Below, piece by piece: positions 9,339 through 20,552 of a DNA stretch of 64,000 nt. This DNA is from an uncultured Bacteroidota bacterium (GTDB taxonomy: Bacteria; Bacteroidota; Bacteroidia; Chitinophagales; Chitinophagaceae): positions 240,092 through 304,091 of the forward strand of contig CAVSRV010000011.1 in assembly GCA_963730425.1 (NCBI GenBank), in the 5' to 3' direction. Numbering within the stretch: position 1 is the stretch's first letter; every line of letters starts with the position of its first letter. Made by a program: the position numbers and the translations under genes. Below the pieces are notes generated by a model, which did not search any database, was not told the DNA's origin, and was given only the letters and a program-made list of their open reading frames with translations.

Positions 9339-10295
9339 TTAATGTTCCAGCAATCCATCAATTTTAAATAGGACCCCGTTTATCGCCATTTGATTTGCGG
9401 AGATAATATTGGATGTGGTATCGCTCCCGATAACCTGAACGGATGCTTCGATTCCTATAGTATAAAATATCAGTGTGCTGTCGTTAACTGTTCGATAGGT
9501 ACTGCTATCCGCTATGTCATTACTAAATAATCGTTGCGGAATAAGTCCGGACAAAACGATCATGCGGAGGGTATCCGGACTTACCAGGTTCAAGTCAGTA
9601 GGCGAATTATATCCAAGATTTCTGAAGGCATTGTTATTTGGAGCCAATAATGTAAATGGACCGCCTGTCGCAAGAAGATTGGAAAGAGTATCGGGAACAG
9701 GTGTAGCCAGTAGAATGGCCTGATTAAAAAAACTTAAAGATGTGTCTCCCCCTACGATCTGTGCCAGATTTTGCTGAGGGGGAACCAATACATTTTGCAA
9801 GGCGAGCATCGTCCCGTTACTGGCGGTAGCTTCTGAATTAAGAAACTGGTAACCGTTAACGTAGGTCCTGTTTGAATCTCCTGAAACAAATACAGAATCT
9901 CCATTTGCCATGATTAGTTTCTCTGCAGTAAAACCAATGAAGGAATTAAAAGTTAGAGCAGTTCCGGCATAAGTCTGATATAAAACCCAGTTTCTGGCCT
10001 GATCTGCAGTAAATCCATCTATTACAGCCTGGCTGTATCCTGATTGCGTACAGGCAGCATCGTTGGGAACCATCAGTGTAAATATTGACGGGCCACTGAA
10101 TATGGAGTCAAGTCCTGCCTTCACAACGGCAGAATTGAAAATTGTTGTATTCGTTCCTGCAGCTAGTATATATGAGAGTGAAGAAGTCTGGGAATTAATT
10201 CCGGATGGTGTATTCTTATTGCAGGCCCAAAGAGAAAGCAAACTCAGGAGGGTCAACAAAATATATAACCTGGTTCTCTTAAAAAATTTAATCAT
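9339..10295 (-). CDS. Fasciclin (FAS1) domain lipoprotein, two domains
   Basis: Lipobox LWAC; FTLMVPNDAA and FTLLAPNNNAF; C-terminal NGVLFKIDGLL. Confidence 0.85.
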   Translation of the reverse strand: MIKFFKRTRLYILLTLLSLLSLWACNKNTPSGINSQTSSLSYILAAGTNTTIFNSAVVKAGLDSIFSGPSIFTLMVPNDAACTQSGYSQAVIDGFTADQARNWVLYQTYAGTALTFNSFIGFTAEKLIMANGDSVFVSGDSNRTYVNGYQFLNSEATASNGTMLALQNVLVPPQQNLAQIVGGDTSLSFFNQAILLATPVPDTLSNLLATGGPFTLLAPNNNAFRNLGYNSPTDLNLVSPDTLRMIVLSGLIPQRLFSNDIADSSTYRTVNDSTLIFYTIGIEASVQVIGSDTTSNIISANQMAINGVLFKIDGLLEH

Positions 10296-10404
10296 AATCC
10301 GCGCTCAACATAAATTTATAAAAAGTTTCAGGCCTTGGCTTTCAGATTTAGGCTTATGATTGCTATACGTTTAAATTGTCTTTCTGGTATGCGGAACTGT
10401 TAAT

Positions 10405-11896
10405 TTATTCCATGTTAAAGCTGACGCGGCCATCTTTTTCATCCTTCAGTGATATGCCGACTTTCAGTAACTGATTGCGAATCCGATCTGAGGTCTGATA
10501 ATCTTTTTTAGCCTTTGCCTCGCTGCGGATTTCTATGAGCAGATCCATAATACCATTGATTTTATCGGAGCCTGGTTCAGATTCATCCTGAAGTCCCAGT
10601 ACATCCTCCAGATAGGTTTTAAACCGCGTCTGTACAAAAGACAGGGTTTCAGCTGAAAGGGTTGTTTTTTCCAGGTCTCCACTGCGAAAGGAATTGATAT
10701 GATTTACAAGTTGAAACATGTTTGCCAGTACTTTGGCTGTATTAAAATCATCATTCATGAAATCATCCATCTCGCGGCAAAGTGAATTGAATTGGTTTTC
10801 GATTTGTTCATTTAAAGTTTTTGCAGGATCTGTTTTCAACTTCATGAGTTCCCGGTATGCATCCCAAAGTCGCTTCAGACCTTTTTCTGCCGCCTGAAGG
10901 GCTTCATTGCCAAAATCCAGTGTGCTACGGTATTGCGTCTGCAAAATAAAAAACCGTATCGTCATTGGATGATAGGCCTGTGCAAGAAGGGGGCTGTTTC
11001 CTGAAAACATATCTGTCAGGCGGATTACATTATTGTAACTCTTTCCCATTTTTTTACCGTTGATGGTGATCATATTATTATGAATCCAATAACGGGCGGC
11101 TAGATGATGGTTGCAAATCATACTCTGCGCAATTTCACTTTCATGATGTGGAAACAGCAGGTCCATTCCGCCACCATGTATATCAAACTGGGTTCCCAGA
11201 TATTTGGTGCTCATTGCGGAGCATTCAATATGCCACCCAGGAAACCCTTCGCCCCAGGGACTTGTCCATCGCATAATATGTCCGGCAGGTGCTGATTTCC
11301 AAAGGGCAAAATCCTGGCGGTTTCGTTTCTCCTCCTGATTTTCCAGGTCACGGGTGGTTTCCAGCAGGTCATCCAGCTTGCGGCCGCTGAGTTTTCCATA
11401 AGGATATTTTTCAGCATATTTTTTTACGTCGAAATACACTGATCCATTTACGACATAACCATATCCGGCTTTAATAATTTCAAGAATCATATTGATTTGC
11501 TCCACGATATGACCTGTTGCCGTGGGTTCAATAGTAGGATCCAGATTATTAAACTGACGCATGGCCCAATGAAAAAGATTGGTATATTTCTGTACCAACT
11601 CCATGGGTTCGAGTTTTTCGATTACAGCTTTTTTAGAGATCTTGTCTTCTGCCTCCCGGCCTTCTTCTTCAAAATGGCCGGCATCTGTAATGTTGCGTAC
11701 ATAACGCACTTTATATCCCAGGTGAAGCAGGTAACGGTATATGACATCAAAAGTTATAAAACCCCGTGCATGACCGAGATGGCTTTCTCCGCTTACAGTG
11801 GGGCCGCATACATACATGCCTACATGGTTGGGCGGTGATAGGAATAAATTCTTCCTTTTGTCTGGTATAAGAATTATAAACTTTTAACTTGCTCAT
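10405..11896 (-). CDS. cysS: Cysteine--tRNA ligase, with an apparent +1 frameshift near 11830-11833
   Basis: [35 protein letters not shown] and KMGKS. The natural N-terminus [21 protein letters not shown] lies in another frame starting at 11896. Confidence 0.95.
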
Positions 11897-11918
11897 GCCT
11901 TCGCCCAAATATAAACAT

Positions 11919-13045
11919 TTATAGCTTTCTGTCTTGTATTTGCAGATCGGTGAGCACTGCACTATGATCGGAATAAGGAGACTTGAGTTTCATACTTTGT
12001 ACGATGAGAAAATCATTTGATGGGAAAATATAATCGATTCGCAGTGTGGGTGAAATATGGATATAGGTTCTTCCGATTCCGAAATTTTTTGCGATAAATG
12101 CGTCCTGCAGGTTTCCCCGGATATGAAAATATGTATAGGAATTCGGAACGTCGTTGAAGTCGCCGCAAATTATAAGAGGGTAGGGGCTGGCATCCAATTT
12201 CCTTCTGACAGTGTCAGCCTGGTAACCACGTAATCCAAGCGCGTCTTTCAGTTTTTTAGCCAGTGAGCGGGATGCCTGTAAGATACTGTCCTCGGCATTG
12301 CGGACAATTTCAACATTCCTGAAATCTTTTTGTTTAAATAGTACCGATTGAAGATGGGTTGTATATACCCTGATAATTTTTCCATTCACATTTATATCAG
12401 CTGCAATCAGGCTTTCAGTTTTTTGGATGATATCAGATTTGAAGTATGCCTGGGAACTGTCGACGATAGGGTATTTGGAAAAAATAATAACGCCTGTTTC
12501 ATACTTATTTGTATGATTAGTGAAAATCCTTCGAAAAGAAAAAATAAGGAAACTGAAGTTGTTGCTGGATAAATCTGATATTTGATTTTGCAGACATCAG
12601 CAGGTTCGTAAAATTCCTGGAAACAGAGGATATCTGCATTCTGCTTTCGTACCAGTTCCAGCATAGGAAGGCGGTGGTGTGATGCTCCAATTTTTTTCGT
12701 AGTGAATTCATCCCAGCTCCTGACATTCCAGGTCATGATCCGTATACTGGCGGAATCCTTGTGTGTAAAATCGTGACCTGACAGACTAAACCCAAAAAAT
12801 GCGTGAATATTCTTCCAGCCGATCAACAGGCATATCATTGAAATCACTAAATAACGTGGTGATATAAAAGTCCAGAAAATCAAAAAGATTAGTAGTAGTA
12901 TGAGGAACAGGGGGAAAAAAAATGCAAGTAGAGCTATGAGCCACCATCTGTCAGGATGCAGGAATGCGTTACAACAGGAAAGTAGAAATAAGACACCGAC
13001 TATAATATTAAGCAGAATTAAAAAGCGTTTGGTAAATTTCCGCAT
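11919..13045 (-). CDS. Membrane-anchored endonuclease/exonuclease/phosphatase family protein, with two apparent +1 frameshifts (~12595, ~12525)
   Basis: IMTWNV, ILCFQE, IFSKYPI, THLQS, CGDFND, RIDYIF and SDH are spread over three frames that join into one protein. Confidence 0.85.
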
Positions 13046-13072
13046 TGATGTCATTAGGAAGAATCTTTGAAG

Positions 13073-13999
13073 TTACAAATCCTCCTCTTCAGCAGCCCGC
13101 TTAAGGATCTCCTTTTCTTCCATTGTAAGAAAGCGGTATCCCTGCTGATTGATCTTGTCGAGTATTTCGTCGATTCTTTTCTGCGTAATATTTGGAATTT
13201 TTTTATAGGGCTGTGTGCCGGAGACGTTGTAAAAGAATTCGTCTTTTTTATTTTTTGGTTTTTTCTTTTTATCAGGATTGAAGAGGTTCGCGAACCAATC
13301 GAAAAACTGGTTGATCCAAATGCTGCCGTCACGTCCCCTGCGCAGTTGATCTATGAACAGGAATCCGACACCTGCTGCGCCTGCATAAGACAGATAAGTT
13401 GCCATGTCTCCGTTTCGTACACCTGAAAAATTTAAAAGCAGGAAAATAAGCGTTAATATCCAAAGCGGTATGCCCCCGCTGATCATAGGAAAAATCCGGT
13501 AGTCTGGTGATACCACGGTTGTCGCTACGGCCACAGCTGCGATAGAACAATTGGCGGCAGAAAGATAGTCGCTGTCCATCTGAGCCCGCAGACCCGGCAC
13601 CAGTAAGTGAGCCATGACATAAATGACTGCGCCAAAAATGCCTCCATAAAGATATAAGGGAACCAACTTCCGGTTTCCGGTCAGGTCCTGAAGGATATAA
13701 CCAAAACTCCAAAGCCAGAACATATTGGAAATAAAACGAAACAACTGCAGATCGGTAAACATGAAACTAATCAGGGTCCATGGCCGCCATGCAATCTTTT
13801 CCGGATTTGCAGATAAAACAAACCAGTTGTAAACGTGGGACAGGAAGCTTTCATTGGAAGCATTGGTGAGCAGGAAAAATACAAATACAAATTTGAGGAC
13901 AACAAAAATAACCGCATTCAGTATCAGGAGTTCAACTAACGCGTTTCCATCCTGACCAAGGTACATTCGCTTCCGGTAATTGTCTTCTTTTACATTCAT
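13073..13999 (-). CDS. Rhomboid-family membrane protein, probably catalytically inactive, with C-terminal DUF6576-like domain
   Basis: RPWTLISFMF and ISNMFWLWSFG; C-terminal TQKRIDEILDKINQQGY..LT.EEKEIL; no GxSG or catalytic His. Confidence 0.85.
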   Translation of the reverse strand: MNVKEDNYRKRMYLGQDGNALVELLILNAVIFVVLKFVFVFFLLTNASNESFLSHVYNWFVLSANPEKIAWRPWTLISFMFTDLQLFRFISNMFWLWSFGYILQDLTGNRKLVPLYLYGGIFGAVIYVMAHLLVPGLRAQMDSDYLSAANCSIAAVAVATTVVSPDYRIFPMISGGIPLWILTLIFLLLNFSGVRNGDMATYLSYAGAAGVGFLFIDQLRRGRDGSIWINQFFDWFANLFNPDKKKKPKNKKDEFFYNVSGTQPYKKIPNITQKRIDEILDKINQQGYRFLTMEEKEILKRAAEEEDL

Positions 14000-14068
14000 A
14001 TCAAATTTCTTTCTGCGAATCAATGTTGACGTCGTCCTTTTTAGTTAACATACGGAAAGAATCCTGGT

Positions 14069-14774
14069 TCAATAGAAATTGTGACGATCTGTCTTTCTCC
14101 AGTAAAATACCAGCAGGAGTCCAACCAAACCACCACCTAAATGTGCCCAGTGCGCTACATTATCGCCGGCATTACTTTGAACGCCCAAAAATAATTCATA
14201 TATAACATAGGCGAGAACAGCCCACTTTGCTTTTATCGGGATCAGGGCATAAATATAGATCAGGCTGTTTGGAAACAGCAGACCGAAAGCCACCATACAG
14301 CCAAATATAGCACCTGATGCACCGAGAGTAGCTGTATTTAAATTAGTTCCCGGGTCAAATCTGTAAACAGATTGCTCATGAATGGGTAGGCTGTTCAGTT
14401 CTGCCCAGGCTGGCGATAATTCATGATAAAGTACCAGTAAATGCAAGGCGGCAGCTCCGACGCCACAGACCAGGTAAAATGTCAGAAAGCGCTTGGGCCC
14501 CCAATAATTTTCAAGGATCGAACCGAACATCCAAAGAATGAGCATATTCCAGAATATGATGCATGAATCCTCCATGCAGGAACATGTATGTGACTATCTG
14601 ATGAGGTTTGAAATAAAATGACCTGATGTCATGCAGGGCAAAATAATTTTCCATGAATGCAGAGCCACTCTTCTGAAAAGCGAGCTGAAGTAAAAAAACG
14701 ATGACATTAATAATGATCAGGTTTTTAATTACGGGCGGAATCACCTGAGAACGGCCCAGACGGAAATCGGTCAT
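14069..14774 (-). CDS. Rhomboid intramembrane serine protease, with an apparent +1 frameshift near 14558
   Basis: TYMFLHGGFMH joins IFWNMLILWMFG after removing one base; LGASGA and AHWAHLGG are intact. Confidence 0.88.
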
Positions 14775-14801
14775 ATTTCAACAAAAATTACTGGCTGCAA
14801 G

Positions 14802-16208
14802 TTAATGTTTTAGGAAAAGCGCAGTTACATTTTCAATATGAAGTGTATGGGGGAACATATCTACAGGCTGAACGGCAGAAATTTGATATCTTTCTGATAA
14901 AAGATGCAGGTCACGTGCCTGGGTAGCCGGATTACAACTCACATAAACAATTTTTTCCGCAGATATTTCCAGGAGTTTAGCAACCAGTTTATCAGACATT
15001 CCCGCCCGCGGCGGATCAGAAACGATCAAATCTGGTCTGCCATTGGCTTCAAAAAAAGCATCGTTGCAAATCTCAGTTACGTCTCCCTTAAAAAAAGCTG
15101 CATGGTGAACCTGATTTAACAAAGCATTTTCTTTTGCATCTTCGATAGCTTCGGGAATCAGTTCGATCCCAATTACTTTCTTGGCCATATCACTCAGGAA
15201 AATGCCAATACTTCCCGTACCGCAATAGAGATCGTATATTGTTTCAGAACCTTTTAAAGCGGCAAATTCACGTACCGTCTGATATAAACGTTCAGCCTGT
15301 GCCGTATTTGTCTGGAAGAACGATTTTGGTCCGATCTTGAAAGAAAATTTCTCCAGTTTTTCGATTACATAACCCTTTCCATGGAAGGTGACAGGCTGAA
15401 GGTCGTTTAAACTGTCGTTCCATTTTGTATTGATGGTATAAATCAGGGTGGTAATGGAAGGAAATTGATTTTGTAAGTGCTTGAACAACGCGTTCTGTAC
15501 TGCCTCATCCTGGTACCCGAAAACAATATTCACCATGGTTTCTCCTGTCCTGCAAAGTCTGACCTGGACGTTTCTAAGAAAGCCCTCGTGGCGTTGAATA
15601 TCATAAAAAGAAATTCCGTTTTCTATGGCCCAGTATTTCACTTCCTTTCTGATCAGGTTAGTCGGTTCATCCTGAAGATAGCATGTATCCACATCAACCA
15701 CTTTGTCAAAAATTCCCCGCGCATGGAACCCGGCTGCATTCTGCAAAGTGGAAATTTCCGGATCAGCTATTTCTTCCTTTAGGAGATAACGGCGATTGGA
15801 AAATGTGTATTCCAGTTTGTTCCTGTATCCGGTTATTCGGACGGAACCCAGGATGGGCCTTATTTCGGGAAATTCGAGCTTGCCAATGCGTTTCAGACTT
15901 TGTAAAACCTGGTCCTGTTTGTATTCCAGTTGTTTTTCATATGGAAGCATCTGCCACTGGCATCCTCCGCAAATGCCAAAATGTTTACAGAATGGTACAA
16001 TCCTTTCCTCAGAAAAACCTGTAATCTTCATTACATGGCCCTCGGCCCAGTCTTTTTTATTTTTTATCAGCCGGACAGTAACAATATCACCAGGAACAGC
16101 GTTTTCCATGAATATGACTTTGCCTTCGTGTTTCGCCAGGGACTTGCCTTCAGCCGCGTACCCGGTTACCAGCAGGTTCTCCAATACTATATTTTTCTTT
16201 TTTCCCAC
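14802..16208 (-). CDS. rlmD: 23S rRNA (uracil(1939)-C5)-methyltransferase
   Basis: TRAM domain, CKHFGICGGC 4Fe-4S motif, SFFQTN, DLYCGTGSIG, DPPRAG, YVSCNP and DMFPHT. Confidence 0.95.
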   Translation of the reverse strand: MGKKKNIVLENLLVTGYAAEGKSLAKHEGKVIFMENAVPGDIVTVRLIKNKKDWAEGHVMKITGFSEERIVPFCKHFGICGGCQWQMLPYEKQLEYKQDQVLQSLKRIGKLEFPEIRPILGSVRITGYRNKLEYTFSNRRYLLKEEIADPEISTLQNAAGFHARGIFDKVVDVDTCYLQDEPTNLIRKEVKYWAIENGISFYDIQRHEGFLRNVQVRLCRTGETMVNIVFGYQDEAVQNALFKHLQNQFPSITTLIYTINTKWNDSLNDLQPVTFHGKGYVIEKLEKFSFKIGPKSFFQTNTAQAERLYQTVREFAALKGSETIYDLYCGTGSIGIFLSDMAKKVIGIELIPEAIEDAKENALLNQVHHAAFFKGDVTEICNDAFFEANGRPDLIVSDPPRAGMSDKLVAKLLEISAEKIVYVSCNPATQARDLHLLSERYQISAVQPVDMFPHTLHIENVTALFLKH

Positions 16209-16213
16209 GGCGG

Positions 16214-16221
16214 CAAATGTA
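16214..16221 (-). promoter_or_regulatory. -7 promoter element for rlmD in a 37-bp divergent gap
   Basis: Reverse strand reads TACATTTG. Confidence 0.5.
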
Positions 16222-16245
16222 GGATTATCCTAATTTAGCATTCCT

Positions 16246-17697
16246 ATGTTCAACCTTTTATCTAAAAAGACTTTTTTCGCCGCTAGTTTTTTAATGATCT
16301 CCTGTTTCAGTTATTCCCAGGGATACGAAATTCACCTTACATTAAAGCCTTTTACAAACAGTAAGGTTTACCTGGGTTATCACTACGGAAAAGTGAAAGC
16401 TGTGGCCGATTCTGTTATCCTGGACGGCAATTCCAGCGGTACATTTAAGGGCAAGGACAAATTAGCCGGAGGTATTTATTTTATTGTTTCTCCTAAGAAA
16501 GAGATACTTTTTGAATTATTAATCGATCAGCATCAACAGTTTTCCATTTCAGCTGATTCTGCGCACCTGCCAGCGAGTATTACTTTTACAGGTTCGCCCG
16601 AAAACATTTCCTTTCTGGAGTATACGGCTTTTATGAACAGTCACGGGAAATCTCTCGCCAATCTCCAGACTCAGCTTGCACAGACCAAAACAAAAAATGA
16701 TTCAGCCCTCATTCATGAGAAAATTAAAAAGCTCGATGAAGAAGTAAAGACTGAAAGGGATGAGATGGAAAATAAGGATCCCAATTCGCTATTAGCCACA
16801 TTACTCCGGGCGCTGAAAGAGCCCGTAGTTCCACCGACACCGAAACTTCCAAATGGCAGACCCGACAGCACGTTTGCCTACAGATATTATAAAGCGCATT
16901 ACTGGGACAATATTTCTTTTACTGACGATCGTCTGATCAGGACACCAATATTTGAGCCCAAGCTGGAACGGTACTACAAGGATCTTGTTTCACCCGAAGC
17001 CGACTCAATCGATCGGGAAATAGATTACATGCTGCTGTTTTCCCGTACCAACAAGGATATGTTTAAATTTCTGCTGGTTTACTTTACGCAGAAATATGTG
17101 AACCCTGAATTCATGGGTCAGGACGCAGTTTTTATTCACTTATTTGAAAAATATATCAATACCGGTCAGGCAGACTTCTTTACCGAGAAGTACAGGAAAT
17201 TTGTGGATGACCGCGCATATAGTATTATGGCAAACCTTATTGGTCAGCCGGCGCCAAACCTGGAAATGACGGATACTTCCGGGAACATAAGATCCCTTTA
17301 TGAGATCCCAGCCAATTTTATACTTGTTTGCTTCTGGGATCCTACCTGCAGTCATTGTAAAGAGATTATTCCGAAAGTGGATTCCATCTATCAGGCTAAA
17401 TGGAAATACGAAGGGCTACAGGTTTATGCGGTGATGGTAGATGGCGGTCAGGAGAACTGGAGGAATTTTATCAGGGCTCACAATTTGGAGGATTGGGTTA
17501 ACGTTTATCAGACAACGGCCCAGCACGATACCGTCGCAGCTGCCGGCCGCCCGGATTACAGGCAATTATACGATGTTTACCAAACCCCGGTACTCTATTT
17601 GCTGGACAAGGAAAAGCGAATCGTGGCAAAAAAACTTACCTATCAACAGGTGGATGAAGTCATCAACCTTAAACTGAAAAAGGTCAATACTCAGTAA
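16246..17697 (+). CDS. Secreted thioredoxin-like (TlpA/redoxin) protein with DUF5106-type middle domain
   Basis: Signal peptide, HYWDNI..DDRLIRTP, FWDPTCSHC (CxxC) and YDVYQTP. Confidence 0.82.
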   Translation: MFNLLSKKTFFAASFLMISCFSYSQGYEIHLTLKPFTNSKVYLGYHYGKVKAVADSVILDGNSSGTFKGKDKLAGGIYFIVSPKKEILFELLIDQHQQFSISADSAHLPASITFTGSPENISFLEYTAFMNSHGKSLANLQTQLAQTKTKNDSALIHEKIKKLDEEVKTERDEMENKDPNSLLATLLRALKEPVVPPTPKLPNGRPDSTFAYRYYKAHYWDNISFTDDRLIRTPIFEPKLERYYKDLVSPEADSIDREIDYMLLFSRTNKDMFKFLLVYFTQKYVNPEFMGQDAVFIHLFEKYINTGQADFFTEKYRKFVDDRAYSIMANLIGQPAPNLEMTDTSGNIRSLYEIPANFILVCFWDPTCSHCKEIIPKVDSIYQAKWKYEGLQVYAVMVDGGQENWRNFIRAHNLEDWVNVYQTTAQHDTVAAAGRPDYRQLYDVYQTPVLYLLDKEKRIVAKKLTYQQVDEVINLKLKKVNTQ

Positions 17698-17698
17698 T

Positions 17699-19639
17699 AT
17701 GAAAAAAGTAGTACTGATCTTTTGCCTGCTTCTGTTCTCCTGTTCTTTCTTCGGTCAAACGCTCGTTCACTATGGAAATCAATCCATCTCCCGCAAGGAG
17801 TTTCTTACTGCATTCCGTAAAAATAATATTCAGGTCAAAGCAACCGACAAATCGTACCATGATTACCTGGAACTTTATATCAGGTATAGATTGAAAGTGC
17901 AGGCGGCCCTGGATATGAAACTTGATACACTTCCCGGACAGGTCACAGAATTACAAAATTTCAAGAGCCAGATCGTTGATCAGTTTACCAACGACGATAA
18001 CAGTCTCAATCAAATGGCCAGAGAAGCCTTTACACGAAGTCAGCATGATCTCCGCATTTCATATATGTTCGTTGCTTCACCAAAAAATGCATCACCTGCG
18101 GATACGGCCAAAGCCTGGAAAAAAATTCAGGCAGCTTACCGTGATTTGAAAAATGGTAAGGACTTCGGTGAAACTGCGGCACAATATTCAGAAGACCCCT
18201 TCGCGAAAACTAATAAAGGTGATCTGGATTACATAACCGTTTTCGATCTGCCTTATGCCATGGAAACTGTTGCTTACCGCACGGCCAATGGTAAATTCAG
18301 TCCTGCTTTCCGAATTGGAAGTGGTTATGTGATCATAAAGAAAATGGCTGAGAGACCTGCACTTGGTCGCATTCACGCAGCACAAATCCTCGTAGCTTTC
18401 CCTTATCAGGCCAATGATGCGGCCAAAGCAGAAACACAAAAAAGAGCAGATTCTATATACCAGGCTATTAGCCATGGCGCTGATTTTGCAGAGCTAGCAA
18501 GGAAATTTAGCGGTGATAATTTGTCTTACCAGCTTGGAGGTTCATTGCCTGAATTCGGAATCGGTAAATATGAGAAAGGATTTGAGAACACAGCATTTGA
18601 TTTAAAAAAAGACGGAGACATTAGCGTGCCCTATGCTTCAGCATTCGGGTATCATATTATCAAAAGAGTCAAACGGATTCCTGTGCCTCCAGTGGCCAAC
18701 CAGAAATACCTGAATGAATTGAAAGAAAGGATAAAAACGGACCCACGCATAGCTGTTTCCAGAAGTCAGATGCTGCAGACCATTCTTAAAAAAACTCAGT
18801 TTAAGGAATTTATTCCGCCGGGTAATCGTCTGTGGGACTATACTGATAGTGTATTGCAAAATAAAAAGCCCGCTTCGAATTCAGGCATAAATGAAGCAAC
18901 TGTTCTTTTTCAGTTCCCGGATAAAAAATATTCTGTAGGTGACTGGATCGCATACAGAAAAAGTTTAAAATCATCTCCCAATTTAACCAACGGAAAAACT
19001 CCCGCAGAAATATTGGGAGTTTATCGTCAGGTCACCGCTTTTGATTATTATAAACAACATCTTGAAAAATATAATCCGGCTTATGCAGCCCAGGTTAATG
19101 AATTTCGTGAAGGAAATCTCCTGTTTGAAATCATGCAGCGAAAGATTTGGAACCGCTCTACCGCTGATTCGTCCGGCTTGAAAAAGTATTTTGAAAAACA
19201 TGAAGAATCATACTGGTGGAAGCCAGGGGCGGAAGCGATTATTTTTAATGTCCCTAATCAGGCTTCAGCAAATAAACTCGCTGAAGCTATTAAAAAAGAT
19301 GTAAATAATTGGAGAAAGGATGTTGATAGTTTGGGTGGACAGATCCAGGCAGATTCCGGAAGATTTGAACTTAGGCAGATTCCCGGTAATAAACCTGTTG
19401 GACCAGGCAGGCTCACCGAATTTATTTCCACTGCATCTGCAAACAACAAAAATAGTACAGTACAATTTGCATATATAATCCGTGAATATTCATCTTCATC
19501 GCCAAGGACATTCGGGGAAGCCAGAGGATTGGTTATTAACGATTATCAGAATGAATTGGAAAATAAATGGATCGAAGAGCTTAAAAAGAAGTATCCGGTT
19601 ACAATCAACGAGGCTGTTTTTAAATCCTTGCCGAAATAG
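17699..19639 (+). CDS. Parvulin-type peptidyl-prolyl isomerase (SurA/PpiD-like), multiple PPIC domains
   Basis: FGETAAQYSED..GDL, FAELARKFSGD and SAFGYHIIK; signal peptide. Confidence 0.9.
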   Translation: MKKVVLIFCLLLFSCSFFGQTLVHYGNQSISRKEFLTAFRKNNIQVKATDKSYHDYLELYIRYRLKVQAALDMKLDTLPGQVTELQNFKSQIVDQFTNDDNSLNQMAREAFTRSQHDLRISYMFVASPKNASPADTAKAWKKIQAAYRDLKNGKDFGETAAQYSEDPFAKTNKGDLDYITVFDLPYAMETVAYRTANGKFSPAFRIGSGYVIIKKMAERPALGRIHAAQILVAFPYQANDAAKAETQKRADSIYQAISHGADFAELARKFSGDNLSYQLGGSLPEFGIGKYEKGFENTAFDLKKDGDISVPYASAFGYHIIKRVKRIPVPPVANQKYLNELKERIKTDPRIAVSRSQMLQTILKKTQFKEFIPPGNRLWDYTDSVLQNKKPASNSGINEATVLFQFPDKKYSVGDWIAYRKSLKSSPNLTNGKTPAEILGVYRQVTAFDYYKQHLEKYNPAYAAQVNEFREGNLLFEIMQRKIWNRSTADSSGLKKYFEKHEESYWWKPGAEAIIFNVPNQASANKLAEAIKKDVNNWRKDVDSLGGQIQADSGRFELRQIPGNKPVGPGRLTEFISTASANNKNSTVQFAYIIREYSSSSPRTFGEARGLVINDYQNELENKWIEELKKKYPVTINEAVFKSLPK

Positions 19640-19680
19640 GTTAACGCTTTGCTTTAAGGCCAACAGCCAACCGTAATCCG

Positions 19681-20526
19681 TCAACTTATTTTATCAAGCA
19701 TATCAAGAATAACTGAATCTTCTGTCATATCAAATTTTCGCGCAAGAAATTTGTCCGAAGAAAGAAGAAGAGAATAGTCTTCCGCCCGAAGTGTTTTGGG
19801 ATTGGAGCCTCCCCCTGACCAGTCGATGTAGTAAAAATTATTGTTGATAACCTTATGGCTGAAATTTGAATTCATGATCAGTGTGGGTACTATAAATTCA
19901 TCAGGACCCCATGTAAACCGGATAAAACGCCGGAGTTTTTTATTTGATTCTATAAACGAAAGAACGTACCTGGCGCATTCATTGGATAGAGTCATACACA
20001 TGGCTCTTGGTCCTCCAAAAAGTTTATAAGGCAGAGGAAATTTTCTGCGGGGGAGCACAGCATTCAGGAAAAACTGTAACCTGTATCTTCCACGAAAACC
20101 GAAATTGGTGAAATGATATTTGGTTATTCTCGTGATAGCATGGGACCACCATTCTTCATCTTCAACATAACTAATAAAATTCCCACCTGGGTTTCTTTCA
20201 AGTAAATGATAAAAATCCTTTACGGGTTTGATGGGATAATCCTGACCACTCATAATGCTGATAAAATCATAAGGTATCTGGGTACTGAATATTTGTTTTA
20301 GAGAATTAAGGATAGCAACAATATAACTGTAAGAAGCCCAGCGCACCCTTATTCTTTTTGTAATAAAATAAACCTGTGGTAAACGGAGCAGATATTCGAA
20401 TGAAGACTTATCAATTTTCTTATCAACATGTATATAGAAGTCGAAGGGGAGTCCGCTGAATTTTTTTAGGAAACGCTCGATCTGCGGAGGTCCTTTGTGA
20501 GCCATGATAATACACGCTATACGCAT
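19681..20526 (-). CDS. GT14 / Core-2/I-branching beta-1,6-N-acetylglucosaminyltransferase family
   Basis: IMAHK, FYIHVDKK, VRWASYS, MSGQDYPIK, PDE, YYIDW and FLARKFD motifs. Confidence 0.88.
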   Translation of the reverse strand: MRIACIIMAHKGPPQIERFLKKFSGLPFDFYIHVDKKIDKSSFEYLLRLPQVYFITKRIRVRWASYSYIVAILNSLKQIFSTQIPYDFISIMSGQDYPIKPVKDFYHLLERNPGGNFISYVEDEEWWSHAITRITKYHFTNFGFRGRYRLQFFLNAVLPRRKFPLPYKLFGGPRAMCMTLSNECARYVLSFIESNKKLRRFIRFTWGPDEFIVPTLIMNSNFSHKVINNNFYYIDWSGGGSNPKTLRAEDYSLLLSSDKFLARKFDMTEDSVILDMLDKIS

Positions 20527-20552
20527 TGAGTACGAAATTAAAGAGCTAATGC

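Noticed and set aside
11830-14558. Programmed ribosomal frameshifting or true pseudogenes
   Set aside because: No consistent slippery motif, all shifts have the same sign, they cluster locally, and one hits an essential gene. Sequence error is more parsimonious.
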